64,000 nt of DNA from Minisyncoccota bacterium (lineage in GTDB: Bacteria > Patescibacteriota > Minisyncoccia > Phycocordibacterales > Phycocordibacteraceae), in the NCBI GenBank assembly GCA_041666305.1, contig JBAYHD010000004.1, positions 3,946 to 67,945 on the forward strand. Direction: 5' to 3'. The position numbers and the translations under genes were made by a program. The first letter of the stretch is position 1, and the number at the start of each line of letters is the position of its first letter. The notes beneath the pieces were generated by a model, which saw only the letters and a program-made list of their open reading frames with translations, was not told where the DNA came from and did not search any database. Shown piece after piece: positions 28,934-39,231 of the stretch.

Positions 28934-30394
28934 TCATTGTTTCTCCAGTATCGTATACCGACTGAAATTTTGCACTGGCTTGTACTTCGACATATCAACA
29001 TCGGGCACGGTCCCTGTATTTAGAAGAATGTAATCGACGGTTCCGTTGGCGATGGCTTGGAGAGCGTCCGTACCCAGTATACCGATGGTCGGATGAGGTT
29101 TGATGTATTGATAGTAATTGAGCGACGGCAAAAGAATCACTGCCTCCGGCGCATTATAAACGAATATACTCGCGTTCGGCGGTAAGGAGTTAAGCGCCGC
29201 CGTCAGGTCGCGCGTCATGTGGCTACTATAGTACGCCGCGACGAATGAAGCGTTCGCCGTTTGATAGCATTGCGCAACGATAAGGAGTGAGAGCACAAGC
29301 CATGGCAAGACCCTTGCGATACGCGGTATGCCGATGCGCTCGCGTACCCACTCCTCCATACGCCACAATGCATGCGATACGAACAACAACCCGACCATAA
29401 TGGCTGGGAATAAATACCGATACCATCCCGGCATGCGCAGGAATGCGAGCATCACGAGCCCTGAAAAGATAAAGCCGACCGTCTCAGCTGAAGAAACAGA
29501 TTCTCCTGCACGACGTCGCACAAACATTGCACATCCCCAGAGCGCAAAGACCGCGAGTGCATAAAAAGGCGTTACATCGGTAACAAACAGCAATAGATTC
29601 GCCAACACGTTTGTCGTGAGGTCAGTCACTTCGTACGGATTGGTGTAAAACGTGAGAACGTTCGCGAGCGTGTCGTGCGTGCCGAATTGGAGTAGGAACC
29701 ACGGCACCATGGTCGCGATAAAGACCAGGGTGGCAAGGACTACCCCTCCCCAGCGTATCGGAACGCTTTTACGATAGAGGAACCAGACGATGGCAAGCGC
29801 AGGCAACAGAAGAATAAAAATGGGCTTTGTGGCGATGCATAATCCGGCCGCTAAGGCACTTACTCCATACGCCGAGAGACTGCGGTACCCGCTACGCTCC
29901 AGGTACACTAACGCAATGAGCGCCACGACGAAGAAAAAAAGTCCCGGTACTTCCCCCAACACGCTTTTACCGTTGCCGTACAGCATCGGAAAGCTCGCAA
30001 TGAGAAATGCGCTCCACAGCGCGAAACGCGTCCCAAACAACAGCGTGATGAGATACACCGTCGCCAAAAAGAATGAGACGATGAACATAACCATCACCGC
30101 ACGTCCCGATAACACCCCGACTCCAAACAACTGGTAAGAGAGCGCGACAGGAACTATGAGCGGATACCCTCCGGTTATGGTACTTGCAGAGGTGAATTCA
30201 CCAGGAGCCACTTGTAATACTTGTTGCCCGGATAACATGAAATTTTGCGCGGTCTGAGTGTAATATCCTTCGTCGTACCAGATATGCGGCGCTTCCGACA
30301 GACGGTAGGTCGCAAAAAACAAAAGAAGAGCCCCCGCAAGCGCGAAAAGCATCCATGTACCCATCGTCCGATGTGTCACTGTTGTGAATTTCAT
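28934..30394 (-). CDS. ArnT/PMT-like GT-C membrane glycosyltransferase
   Basis: WYDEGYY loop, about 12 TMs, GLCIATK, RYLFP; start ATG 30394. Confidence 0.8.
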   Translation of the reverse strand: MKFTTVTHRTMGTWMLFALAGALLLFFATYRLSEAPHIWYDEGYYTQTAQNFMLSGQQVLQVAPGEFTSASTITGGYPLIVPVALSYQLFGVGVLSGRAVMVMFIVSFFLATVYLITLLFGTRFALWSAFLIASFPMLYGNGKSVLGEVPGLFFFVVALIALVYLERSGYRSLSAYGVSALAAGLCIATKPIFILLLPALAIVWFLYRKSVPIRWGGVVLATLVFIATMVPWFLLQFGTHDTLANVLTFYTNPYEVTDLTTNVLANLLLFVTDVTPFYALAVFALWGCAMFVRRRAGESVSSAETVGFIFSGLVMLAFLRMPGWYRYLFPAIMVGLLFVSHALWRMEEWVRERIGIPRIARVLPWLVLSLLIVAQCYQTANASFVAAYYSSHMTRDLTAALNSLPPNASIFVYNAPEAVILLPSLNYYQYIKPHPTIGILGTDALQAIANGTVDYILLNTGTVPDVDMSKYKPVQNFSRYTILEKQ

Positions 30395-30413
30395 ATCGCC
30401 AGTATACACATCG

Positions 30414-31667
30414 TTATACATCGACATATCCTCGCCCGATCAAGGTGTATGCGTCTTTTGGGGGATCTTTTATTTTGGATGGCGTGACCTCGAAACGGCA
30501 GTCTTCTTTTTTAGCGAGTCGCACGGCATCAACGCCCTCATCGTCTCGATGCTTGGCACAATCATCTTTGAGCACCCATGTCCCATCGTCATTCCCCAGC
30601 CATGCATGCGTATCGCGATGCTGGTTTATCAAATAATAAAAACCTGCTTCGGTCATGCCGAGCCAATCCAAAAAAAGCGGAAGTGTTTTCGGAGCAACGG
30701 CATTGTAGCGAGCGACTAAATCAATTCCTTCTTCTCGAGTGAGTCGTTTCAAGCGTATCTCTCGACACGCATGATCGGTCACCTTCCCATATCCATACTT
30801 CAAGAACTTTATATAGTCATGGATATCCGAATAATGGAAACAATCAACATCATTGTAGGTGTCGAATGTCCGCGTTTGCGAAGCGCTCTCATATTCGTAT
30901 AGCCGGATCATCTCTTCGTGCTGAGCTTTCGAATCCCAGCGAATATAATTCCCCAGATAGATGCCGCGCACGCCGACTTTCTCTATTTCCTTGTCGTGCG
31001 GATACGCATACGGCGCGAGATCATCGGCCGTCACATTCATGGTCTCATCGACAAGATCCTCCGCCTCATATCCCATAAGGTCATGGTCCTTCCTGTATTT
31101 GCGCGTCATTTCAACTTCGTCCGTATGCGAGAACATACCAACTTGATCGAGCCCCTGGTGCGCGCCCCAAATTATGAGAGGTATCTTGAACCGAACCGCT
31201 ACCTGCACCGGAAACACCGTCTGCCCGGCGATGCAGTGCCAATACATGCTTCCCATTTTTCGTAGTGTCGCTCGTGTGACATTCTTCACCTTTTCCGGAC
31301 TTACGGTCATCGTCATGAGGTCGCACCCAAAGAGCGTGCGCAAATAGGCGAGATTCCGTATGCCCCGCTCAGTGTTGTACTGCTTGTTATAGGTGACAAG
31401 AAGCGGTCGCAACCCGAGTTTCTTCATCACGGTGTGGACGATAAAGTACGAATCACGCGCGCCGGAGACGGGAACCACGCAGTCATAATTATTCCCGGAA
31501 CGATTCTTGTACGAGGCCGTTATCTTTTTCAGATGTTCGAATCGCGCATTCCAGTCAAGCGAATCTTTTTCTTCATGCACTCTGCATCCACTGCACACGC
31601 CGTTCGCGTCGAACGTGAGGTCAAGCGGATGATTCGCCGGATAGAGGCATCGCGTGCAGTATTTCAT
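30414..31667 (-). CDS. N-acetyl sugar amidotransferase (WbpG/PseA-like)
   Basis: CTRC...CSGC, YDCVVPVSGARDS (PP-loop), KYGYGKVTDHAC, TREEG. Confidence 0.9.
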   Translation of the reverse strand: MKYCTRCLYPANHPLDLTFDANGVCSGCRVHEEKDSLDWNARFEHLKKITASYKNRSGNNYDCVVPVSGARDSYFIVHTVMKKLGLRPLLVTYNKQYNTERGIRNLAYLRTLFGCDLMTMTVSPEKVKNVTRATLRKMGSMYWHCIAGQTVFPVQVAVRFKIPLIIWGAHQGLDQVGMFSHTDEVEMTRKYRKDHDLMGYEAEDLVDETMNVTADDLAPYAYPHDKEIEKVGVRGIYLGNYIRWDSKAQHEEMIRLYEYESASQTRTFDTYNDVDCFHYSDIHDYIKFLKYGYGKVTDHACREIRLKRLTREEGIDLVARYNAVAPKTLPLFLDWLGMTEAGFYYLINQHRDTHAWLGNDDGTWVLKDDCAKHRDDEGVDAVRLAKKEDCRFEVTPSKIKDPPKDAYTLIGRGYVDV

Positions 31668-32533
31668 ATGACTTCTTTAGGGTGGTACTCAAAGCGTAAT
31701 TTCTCAAGAACCGCATCATCTTGCTTCGCGAGACGACCGGCATCATCGAATGTCGTATGTGCATAGGTGGCATACGTATCGAGCCGTATCGGGAAGTCCG
31801 ATTTCAAAAATGCCTTGGCAATCGTTACGCTGTGTTCCGTAAAATGGAAAGAATTACCCACAGCAACTGCATCCGCATGCCCATTCTGGAACGCATCTGC
31901 AATATGCTGCGGATGACCGCAACCGCCCGCCGCAACCACGGGAATATCCACGGCTTCCGAAACACGCCGGATAAGTTCCGTGTCGAACCCTTTCTTTGAC
32001 CCGTCGCGGTCAATGGAGCGTATAAAAATCTCGCCTGCCCCCTGCGCTGCACAGGATCTCGCAACTTCGACCGGGTCTTTCCCTGTTCCGGTTCGACCGG
32101 AGTCTGTGAACGCTTCATAGCGTCCTTCACCGACTTCTTTTGCGTCTATGGAAACAACGACGCACTGATTTCCGAAAATACGAGCGGCCTCATGTATGAG
32201 CTCCGGATGTTCGATAGCCGCGCGATTGATAACGACCTTGTCCGCACCCATCCGGATAAGCTGGCGTATCGTCTCGACCGAATTGATGCCGCCGCCAACG
32301 GTGAGTGGCACCATACTCTTGTCCGCGAGTCGTGCGAGGAGACCAAGGTCCAACGTTCGATTCTCACGACTTGCTTCGATATCAACCACCACTATCTCAT
32401 CAGCGCCCCATTGATTGAGGAACTCAACCGCTATTTCAGGCGAGCCGATGGGCAGATATTTTTTAAAGCCCACACTCTGGACGACGATGCCGTCTTTCAC
32501 AATGAGGCTGGCGATGATGCGTTTGGAGAGCAT
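31664..32533 (-). CDS. hisF: HisF-like cyclase paralog for sugar amidination (WbuZ-like)
   Basis: KRIIASL, PLTVGGGI, GADKVVIN, SIDRDG, AAGGCG; flanked by sugar amidotransferases rather than a his operon. Confidence 0.85.
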   Translation of the reverse strand: MLSKRIIASLIVKDGIVVQSVGFKKYLPIGSPEIAVEFLNQWGADEIVVVDIEASRENRTLDLGLLARLADKSMVPLTVGGGINSVETIRQLIRMGADKVVINRAAIEHPELIHEAARIFGNQCVVVSIDAKEVGEGRYEAFTDSGRTGTGKDPVEVARSCAAQGAGEIFIRSIDRDGSKKGFDTELIRRVSEAVDIPVVAAGGCGHPQHIADAFQNGHADAVAVGNSFHFTEHSVTIAKAFLKSDFPIRLDTYATYAHTTFDDAGRLAKQDDAVLEKLRFEYHPKEVI

Positions 32534-32534
32534 A

Positions 32535-33170
32535 TTAATTTTTGGTGTGTTCCATAAAAGCGCGCAGGAGGCGCAGGCCGCTCGTCTGGCTTTTCTCGGG
32601 ATGGAACTGAACACCGTAGATGTTGTCCTTTTGCACAGCGGCCGTTATCTCTTCGCCGTACGAACATGCCGCGGCGATATATTCTTTTTCCGTTTGGAAA
32701 TAAAAACTGTGGTCAAAATAGAAGCGTGCGCCCTTCGGCACGGACGCAAAGAGTGGTTCCGACCGGTACACCATAAGTTCATTCCAGCCCACATGCGGAA
32801 CGCGCACTGAGGCGGCAGGAATGCGCACCACATGCCCCGGAATGAATCCGAGTCCTTGATGCAATCCTCCCTCAATCGAATCTTCGGCGAGCACCTGCAT
32901 ACCGAGACAGATGCCCAGAAGCGGCTTTTTCTTTTCAACGACTTCTCTCCGCAAAACTTCAATAATGTCGCGCTTCTTAAGGTTCAGCATAGCTTCCTCA
33001 AAGGCGCCAACTCCCGGCAATATATATGCCCTCGCTTTTTGTATGTCCTCTTTTTTATGCGAAACGGCGTAGGAATAGCCGAGCCGCTCAAGCGCATTCG
33101 TGACCGAACGATGGTTTCCTACGCCATAATCAATGACGAGTACGTCAGGTTTTCGAGTAGTGTCAGACAT
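32535..33170 (-). CDS. hisH: HisH-like glutamine amidotransferase paralog (WbuY-like)
   Basis: IDYGVGN, LPGVGAF, GICLGMQ, PHVGWN, QFHPEKS. Confidence 0.88.
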   Translation of the reverse strand: MSDTTRKPDVLVIDYGVGNHRSVTNALERLGYSYAVSHKKEDIQKARAYILPGVGAFEEAMLNLKKRDIIEVLRREVVEKKKPLLGICLGMQVLAEDSIEGGLHQGLGFIPGHVVRIPAASVRVPHVGWNELMVYRSEPLFASVPKGARFYFDHSFYFQTEKEYIAAACSYGEEITAAVQKDNIYGVQFHPEKSQTSGLRLLRAFMEHTKN

Positions 33171-34278
33171 ACGCGTGTTTGAGCTGCCATTCTCCCGAGG
33201 CATTCTTCTCGAACAGTTCTTGATTTCGATAAGATTCAGCGACCTTCCAAAATTCTTTTTCTGAGATCTCCAGGTACTTGCAGAACCGGTGGATATATTC
33301 TGCGGAACATTTGCCATCATACTTTGCAACGAGCTCAAAGCCCTTCTCACGCGTCATCCGGCCATACCGAATGAGTTCGCATACTTCGTCAGTCACTTTA
33401 CCGAACCCGTATTTAAAGTATTTGATCATTTGATTGACGAACACGAAATCCTCGTCAAGCGCTTCGAACGGATGGAGCGCTCCGCGTTCAAGTGGCGTAT
33501 CGGTGCGCACCTCGAGCCCGTGCGATATGGAAAAAGCGGCGTTATCTACTTTGGTAAAATTGGGCCAAAAATACCCGAGGTACACTACTTGCACATTTGC
33601 CCACTCCGTTTCTTCACCCGAGGGATATGTATAGGGAATAAGATGTTGTGTCGTGACATCGTCGTTCAAATACAGAGCACTCCCTCCTCCTATGGTATTG
33701 GCGTTCCGTATATTATTACCGTTCCAATCAAGCGATCCGACGGTCAAATCTCCCATCTGCGTCGCGGCATTTTCCCCCAGAAATACGAGTGGGATCTTAT
33801 ATGCAATAGATAGCCTTGGCAGTGTTGCGTACAGTGCGGTCTCGGTGGACTTGGCCAAGTTGCCATATTCAAGAAAACCTTTTCGCATGAGTTTTTTCCA
33901 TGTTTGCGGGTCAGGCATAACATTAATGACATCGAACCCGAGCGAGATAAGATTAGAAATATTGTACGCTCCAAGGTCCGTGATTTGTTCAGGAGGATAA
34001 TTACATGAAACGAGAAGCGGTTTGAGCCCGAGAGAATCACGTGCATACATCGCTTGGCGCGTACTGTCCTTACCACCAGAAATGCCGATGATGCAATCGT
34101 AATCTGAATGATTGTTCTTTCTTGTCCGCTCAATTATATTCTCGAGCTCCTGATGACGGACACTCCAATCAACATCCTTAAGTTGTTCCCTATAGTGACA
34201 CGCCGGGCACACACCTTCGGCGTCAAATCGTATCCCTGGTCGCGTATCTGGTTGAACACATTTTTTACAATACTTCAT
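33163..34278 (-). CDS. Second N-acetyl sugar amidotransferase
   Basis: CKKCVQPDTRPG, YDCIIGISGGKDS, KYGFGKVTD, MTREKG. Confidence 0.9.
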   Translation of the reverse strand: MKYCKKCVQPDTRPGIRFDAEGVCPACHYREQLKDVDWSVRHQELENIIERTRKNNHSDYDCIIGISGGKDSTRQAMYARDSLGLKPLLVSCNYPPEQITDLGAYNISNLISLGFDVINVMPDPQTWKKLMRKGFLEYGNLAKSTETALYATLPRLSIAYKIPLVFLGENAATQMGDLTVGSLDWNGNNIRNANTIGGGSALYLNDDVTTQHLIPYTYPSGEETEWANVQVVYLGYFWPNFTKVDNAAFSISHGLEVRTDTPLERGALHPFEALDEDFVFVNQMIKYFKYGFGKVTDEVCELIRYGRMTREKGFELVAKYDGKCSAEYIHRFCKYLEISEKEFWKVAESYRNQELFEKNASGEWQLKHAYV

Positions 34279-34321
34279 AGGTCTTACACTTAATTACAAC
34301 CTGGGGCGCGACAAAACCGTT

Positions 34322-36202
34322 TCAAGATTTTACGTTACTGACGCGCCGAATGAGCTCTGCGACACGCTCGAACGATCTTCCATCAAGCACAAAATTCTCT
34401 TGTACAAAAGCATCGGCGCGCGCTACGAGCACCGCACGATTATTCGGGGCAGCAAGATGCTTCAGATGCGCATGTAATTCCTCCTTCGTGCGTGCCATCA
34501 AAACCGCGCCGGACTCCCAAAACTCCTTAAAGTCATTATCCAAGACTTTAGGTACATACATAATAACTGATTTGTGCATAAGCAATGCCTCCAGTATTAC
34601 GGTAGATGTACCTGAAAGAACAATGTCCGAAAGAGCCAGAAGTACTTGCAGATCTTCGTGGACGAGTAGACGACTTTCTTTACCAAACAACCGATGTATC
34701 TCCTGCTCATAAAAAGATCTACGAAAGCTCGGCCTGGGTCTGAAGAGTATTTGTAACGAGAGATCTCGTTGTGCCTCTGCAACATCTTCGAAAATTCGCT
34801 GCACCTCGTAACTCGTATGGTTTCCGTATTCGAGCAACGAATAGGAGACCTCTGGCATCCCCCACATGACCGTGCAACGTCCCTTTTTTAATCCCAGGCG
34901 CTGCTGCAGATCAATAATTTTCTCCTTTGGCAGGGCTGATGCATAGCGGTCGAAGCGTGGCGAACCTACGGACACTAACCGTTGCGACGCAATCCCCCAC
35001 GACTCGTACATACCGTTGATAAGCGGCCCATACGAGGCGAGGTAACGACTATTGAGCCGGCAGTGCACGAGCGTCTTTTCATTGTTAACAAGCGCATGCT
35101 CAAGCTCAATGGAGGGTATGTCCATATTCTCCGCAACGCGGGCGACAAGATTGCTGTACCCTTTAATCGAAGTACGGAGGAGTACGCAGTTGACCTTGTA
35201 GCGAGCAAAGAGACGCTTGGTGTTCTCTATAGTTGCTATGGTATCCTCGGCATATTCTTTGACTATACAGTCGAGTGCCTGCCGCACTACCGGCCACAGC
35301 GATATATTGTTGTAGACAAAACCCTTGCTTATTTCTGGTACCTCGCCGAGAGCATCCCATCGTTCCGCCATGGTCCTTGCGCGAGTTCGCGCGAGTTCGC
35401 GGACATGCGTGTCCACAAAATCAAGACGGTGACAAAAACGCGCGCGCGCGCGCCATGCGAGGACAGGTAGCATGGTGCGCATCTCTTGCCGTCGCGACAT
35501 AATAAGCTCGACATCCGGCATTGTGCTGATAAAAGGCTCTACCCGATACCATGGATCGGTGGCAAAAAGAACGATGGGGCGTGGGCGGTGCCATGCATCA
35601 ACGAGGGCATTCCACACCACACTTATTGCTCGTGCGAACCACTGCTCTAAAGCTATGCGCAAAACGCTTAAGAACACTGCGCTCTGTTGTACGAGCGGCG
35701 TACGGATAACCTCGACGGTCACATTGTGCTTCTTCGCCAAGAGTCGCACCACATCTTCAACGACACGCGCTCTAAACACGGCGACTGGATCGGCGGTTGG
35801 CAACATGCCAGATTTTTCGAAGACGCACGCGTTAATCGCATTGGGATATGCCGTGAACACCTGATCGAGCATGGCCGCCCAATAAAACACTGTCTGTATG
35901 TAGTAAAGGATTGCGGGCTCATATTGCTCGCCAAGTTTAATTCCGTCGTATTCAAAAAAGGCCGTCTCGGACGCGGTGTACCAGCCTGAAGCAAGAGCGC
36001 GTGTGCGCTCTAGCAGTGCACGGTCGCCATCGGGCGAGACGGCAATAGTAACAAGCGAGATAAACGGTATGTCGTGTTTCTGCAAATCCAATTCAATCTC
36101 ATAGTCAAGGGCAACAACTATTGGAGCATCTCGCCCATCTAAAAGTTCCCGCACATAGGGAACCTGTTCCGGTTTGGATATAAAAAAAAGAGTCGTATTC
36201 AT
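34322..36202 (-). CDS. Large GT-B-fold protein, candidate nonulosonate transferase or polysaccharide biosynthesis protein
   Basis: SIELEHA, VGSPRFD, FRPRP, SDIVLSGTSTVILEALLMHKSVI; located in the NeuAB cluster. Confidence 0.55.
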   Translation of the reverse strand: MNTTLFFISKPEQVPYVRELLDGRDAPIVVALDYEIELDLQKHDIPFISLVTIAVSPDGDRALLERTRALASGWYTASETAFFEYDGIKLGEQYEPAILYYIQTVFYWAAMLDQVFTAYPNAINACVFEKSGMLPTADPVAVFRARVVEDVVRLLAKKHNVTVEVIRTPLVQQSAVFLSVLRIALEQWFARAISVVWNALVDAWHRPRPIVLFATDPWYRVEPFISTMPDVELIMSRRQEMRTMLPVLAWRARARFCHRLDFVDTHVRELARTRARTMAERWDALGEVPEISKGFVYNNISLWPVVRQALDCIVKEYAEDTIATIENTKRLFARYKVNCVLLRTSIKGYSNLVARVAENMDIPSIELEHALVNNEKTLVHCRLNSRYLASYGPLINGMYESWGIASQRLVSVGSPRFDRYASALPKEKIIDLQQRLGLKKGRCTVMWGMPEVSYSLLEYGNHTSYEVQRIFEDVAEAQRDLSLQILFRPRPSFRRSFYEQEIHRLFGKESRLLVHEDLQVLLALSDIVLSGTSTVILEALLMHKSVIMYVPKVLDNDFKEFWESGAVLMARTKEELHAHLKHLAAPNNRAVLVARADAFVQENFVLDGRSFERVAELIRRVSNVKS

Positions 36203-36229
36203 GCTATGTATCGGTATCCAGCAGCAGTA

Positions 36230-36922
36230 TTATTTTTTTCTGAGAAGAAACCACATTTGCCTTGTTTTCTTATCACGCTCGACCGTTTTCAGTTCCTCTC
36301 GGTCTAGATTTACGAGAGTGAATACTTGCTCTATTTTTTCTATATCGAAAAATGGATACACCGCCTGTGACATATCCTGAAAATTTCTATAGGTTGACAC
36401 ATATCTGTTTTGCAAAAATTCAGAATATCCATCAAAAGTGAAAGTATCAAGATACGAAGTCGGGACCTTCATGATCAAGACCCCTTCGGGATTCAGGAGT
36501 TTGTGGCACTCATCCAGATAGGTGGTGAACTTGTCGTCAGTAAGGTACTGGACCAGGCCGATTGATACTATGGTGTCATATTTTTTGTCGCCATATTCGC
36601 TCCACATCTCATCCGTCCCGCATGCTTTGGCGTGTATATTTTCAATGTGTTCCTCCGCGATTTTCTTATTCAAAATCTTTATATTGTTTGATGCAAAATC
36701 AAAACAATCAAATTGTATCTTTGGATGCAGTTTCGATAGTTCTATGCAGTGCCTTCCGGTGCCACACCCGGTGTCTAACAGAGCACCCTCGCGCATATGG
36801 ACATGTACCCACGCCACTTCGATGAGATCGCCTTTTAAAGACAGCGCCTCGCCATACCGCCATGGATCATGGTCGGTAAGTTTGTCAGCCCTCTCATTAA
36901 ATATTTGTTTTAAGTCAGTCAT
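36230..36922 (-). CDS. Class I SAM methyltransferase
   Basis: LLDTGCGTG, YDTIVSIGLVQYL, LNPEG. Confidence 0.85.
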   Translation of the reverse strand: MTDLKQIFNERADKLTDHDPWRYGEALSLKGDLIEVAWVHVHMREGALLDTGCGTGRHCIELSKLHPKIQFDCFDFASNNIKILNKKIAEEHIENIHAKACGTDEMWSEYGDKKYDTIVSIGLVQYLTDDKFTTYLDECHKLLNPEGVLIMKVPTSYLDTFTFDGYSEFLQNRYVSTYRNFQDMSQAVYPFFDIEKIEQVFTLVNLDREELKTVERDKKTRQMWFLLRKK

Positions 36923-36924
36923 GG

Positions 36925-38157
36925 TTATCCCAAGAAGGTGAACTGGTCCTGCTGATGAGGCAAATATTGCAAGGTGACCCCTTCTTTGTCTTCCTTCACT
37001 TTGGTATTTGCAAAAAACAGATGCTTGAAATCGGTCCGCTCCCCACTGCGCAACCCCGGCACCGGCAAGACCCGCACACCCAGAGGCTTTTTCAGAACGA
37101 TGGAGGTCGACAGCACATCCATAATCAGTCCGACTACTGCCGTATCCTTTACTGCGCCGGAGAGGGGGACCATATCAACCCCACAACCGCAGGTCGTAGA
37201 CAGGAGCTTCAGAAAATTCAAGTCAAATGCCCCTTCTTCATATCGCTTGCTCAAATAGGTATCCTCTAAAACTGAATACATGATCCCGTTAAATCCGGTT
37301 GTTTTTATTTTTGACTCTTTCACTATGAATTTCAAGATATTCGTCAGATAGGTATTTATGAAGTGTGTGCCATTGGACCCAAATTCAAAAACAGATTCTC
37401 CACGAGAGCGGCCGATCTGTCCTATTTCTTCAATAAGAGAAACAATGCTCTGATCCTCTAGCGGGTATGGATACGGAGCCAGCGATATATCCATACCCCC
37501 GTATGCGACTCCGGAATCTTTTTCGAACACGAGGCATGCATCCTGTATCTTTTGTAATTCGGATACAAGAGAGCTGATCAGGAGCTCCCGGAGAGAGTCC
37601 AGGTCCAAGCGATTATTATTTTTAACCAGCTCGGTAAGATACCCTACCATTTCCACCCCGACGATAAACTCGGCATCGCGTTCCGCACACGCAAACGGAA
37701 AGAAGGGGGATTTGATTTTGCCTGAGGACACCCCGACCCTAAAATTATCTATGGGATTCTGCGTATTTTTGATAATAAAATCGGCAACCTTTGTTATCGC
37801 TTTTATATGCAATTTCCCCTCGTTGACGGGAACAAAATTTATAAATATGTTGTCCTTGAGCTTGCTCGCGTATGCAGCCAGAGCCAAGGAATCCGCATAT
37901 GCGTGGCCTGAGACATCAAAGGGAAGGCCGATGCCCCAAAAATTATATTTTTCCGCCAATCCGACATAGTTCGAAATTAACTGCTCTGTTTTTTTGCTGT
38001 CGCCGGGGCCGATCAAGTCAGCGAGTATTCGGTACGTTCGCAGTGAATAACCACTTTTTTCGAAGCTGGCCAGGTTAGTGGTAAATTTTTTCAGCAGGTT
38101 CTCGTCATTGGTCGAAAGAAAACTTTGTAAGGTGATGGTCCTGATTTTTATATTCAT
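36925..38157 (-). CDS. DUF711-family protein
   Basis: KIRTIT, PFFP, DISLAP, GFNGIMYSVLED, CGCGVDMVPL, KPLGVRVLPVPG. Confidence 0.75.
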   Translation of the reverse strand: MNIKIRTITLQSFLSTNDENLLKKFTTNLASFEKSGYSLRTYRILADLIGPGDSKKTEQLISNYVGLAEKYNFWGIGLPFDVSGHAYADSLALAAYASKLKDNIFINFVPVNEGKLHIKAITKVADFIIKNTQNPIDNFRVGVSSGKIKSPFFPFACAERDAEFIVGVEMVGYLTELVKNNNRLDLDSLRELLISSLVSELQKIQDACLVFEKDSGVAYGGMDISLAPYPYPLEDQSIVSLIEEIGQIGRSRGESVFEFGSNGTHFINTYLTNILKFIVKESKIKTTGFNGIMYSVLEDTYLSKRYEEGAFDLNFLKLLSTTCGCGVDMVPLSGAVKDTAVVGLIMDVLSTSIVLKKPLGVRVLPVPGLRSGERTDFKHLFFANTKVKEDKEGVTLQYLPHQQDQFTFLG

Positions 38158-39230
38158 GGGTAGAGAAGAGAATCGAGTGAAATATTGCAATCTGTTATTT
38201 CTACAGGAAACTTGTGTTTTACCGTCTTATAAGGATAGATATCATCTTGATCAACTCTGTTTCTGATTGATTCGACACTTACTTCGTAGTTTTTTCTTAA
38301 CGAGAAGAATTCTACATCAGAATAATCAAAAACGATCACGGGAACCTTCTTTAGTCCTAATTCTTTTGAGACTTCCATTCTATGCTGCCCGTCCATAACC
38401 AGTCCGTTCGGGTCTACGCAAATCGGCCTCGTCCATATCTTTTCATCAAGGATCTTCTTTTTTAGCCACGCAACTCTTTTTTTAGAAAAAGATTCTATAT
38501 GTTTCAACTTAGAAGTATCGAAGTAAATCGTTGCGCCGATGTTTTTTAACATAGATTCATATTCCGACTGTGTGTTGAACGTATACCTCTTTCCTGATAC
38601 TATTTTGCATGTTAAGTGGAATTTTTCCTTATCGAATAGAGGCTCAAAATAATAAAAGTCCAATCCTCCTTTAGCCAAAGAAGACGCCTCCGCGACAAAT
38701 GTCGATACATCATCGCTGGAAATCCAAAGCGCGCCAGTCATATCAAAATACTGATCATCAATGGGCCCATTTCTCTTTCCAATGATAAAATCTTCGAAAA
38801 GATTATTTTTCACTCTAACGATCCCATTAGATTTATTCTGGTCAGCTTGGCCACCCAGAAACATAACGGAGTCCTTGCTTAAAGAGGCCCCAATCTCACG
38901 GAAAGCAAGGTCATCGTATACGCAATCACCCTCCAAGATCAAAACTCCGTCTTTTGCACCCTTGGCTCCAAGAACGGCAGACCAGATGTTCTTATCACTT
39001 GCAAATTTGTCGTTGACTACATATGAGATCCCGTAGCCTGCCGTATGGTTCTCTATTTGCTCTCGGTTATATCCCACAACGACTTTAATTTTTGCATCTG
39101 GAATGTATCGATTGACTTGACCTATCGCTCTTGAAATAACCGATTGGTTATCAACCGCAGAAAGACATTTGGGTTCTTTGGAATTGAACCTGGTACCCAT
39201 GCCTGCGGCGAGTATCACTACGGTCTTCAT
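38154..39230 (-). CDS. LicC-like nucleotidyltransferase fused to a C-terminal ParB/Srx-fold domain with SerK/SbnI-like kinase motifs
   Basis: ILAAGMGTRF...PKCL, VVGY, ILEGD; C-terminus LKHIE, DGQHR, VPVIVFDY, YPYKTVKHKFP. Confidence 0.75.
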   Translation of the reverse strand: MKTVVILAAGMGTRFNSKEPKCLSAVDNQSVISRAIGQVNRYIPDAKIKVVVGYNREQIENHTAGYGISYVVNDKFASDKNIWSAVLGAKGAKDGVLILEGDCVYDDLAFREIGASLSKDSVMFLGGQADQNKSNGIVRVKNNLFEDFIIGKRNGPIDDQYFDMTGALWISSDDVSTFVAEASSLAKGGLDFYYFEPLFDKEKFHLTCKIVSGKRYTFNTQSEYESMLKNIGATIYFDTSKLKHIESFSKKRVAWLKKKILDEKIWTRPICVDPNGLVMDGQHRMEVSKELGLKKVPVIVFDYSDVEFFSLRKNYEVSVESIRNRVDQDDIYPYKTVKHKFPVEITDCNISLDSLLYP

Positions 39231-39231
39231 A

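Noticed and set aside
31664-33170. Histidine biosynthesis operon
   Set aside because: Only hisH/hisF paralogs, sandwiched between sugar amidotransferases; no other his genes.
38154-38530. Chromosome or plasmid partition ParB
   Set aside because: No HTH or parA; the domain is fused to a nucleotidyltransferase and has SerK-like C-terminal motifs.
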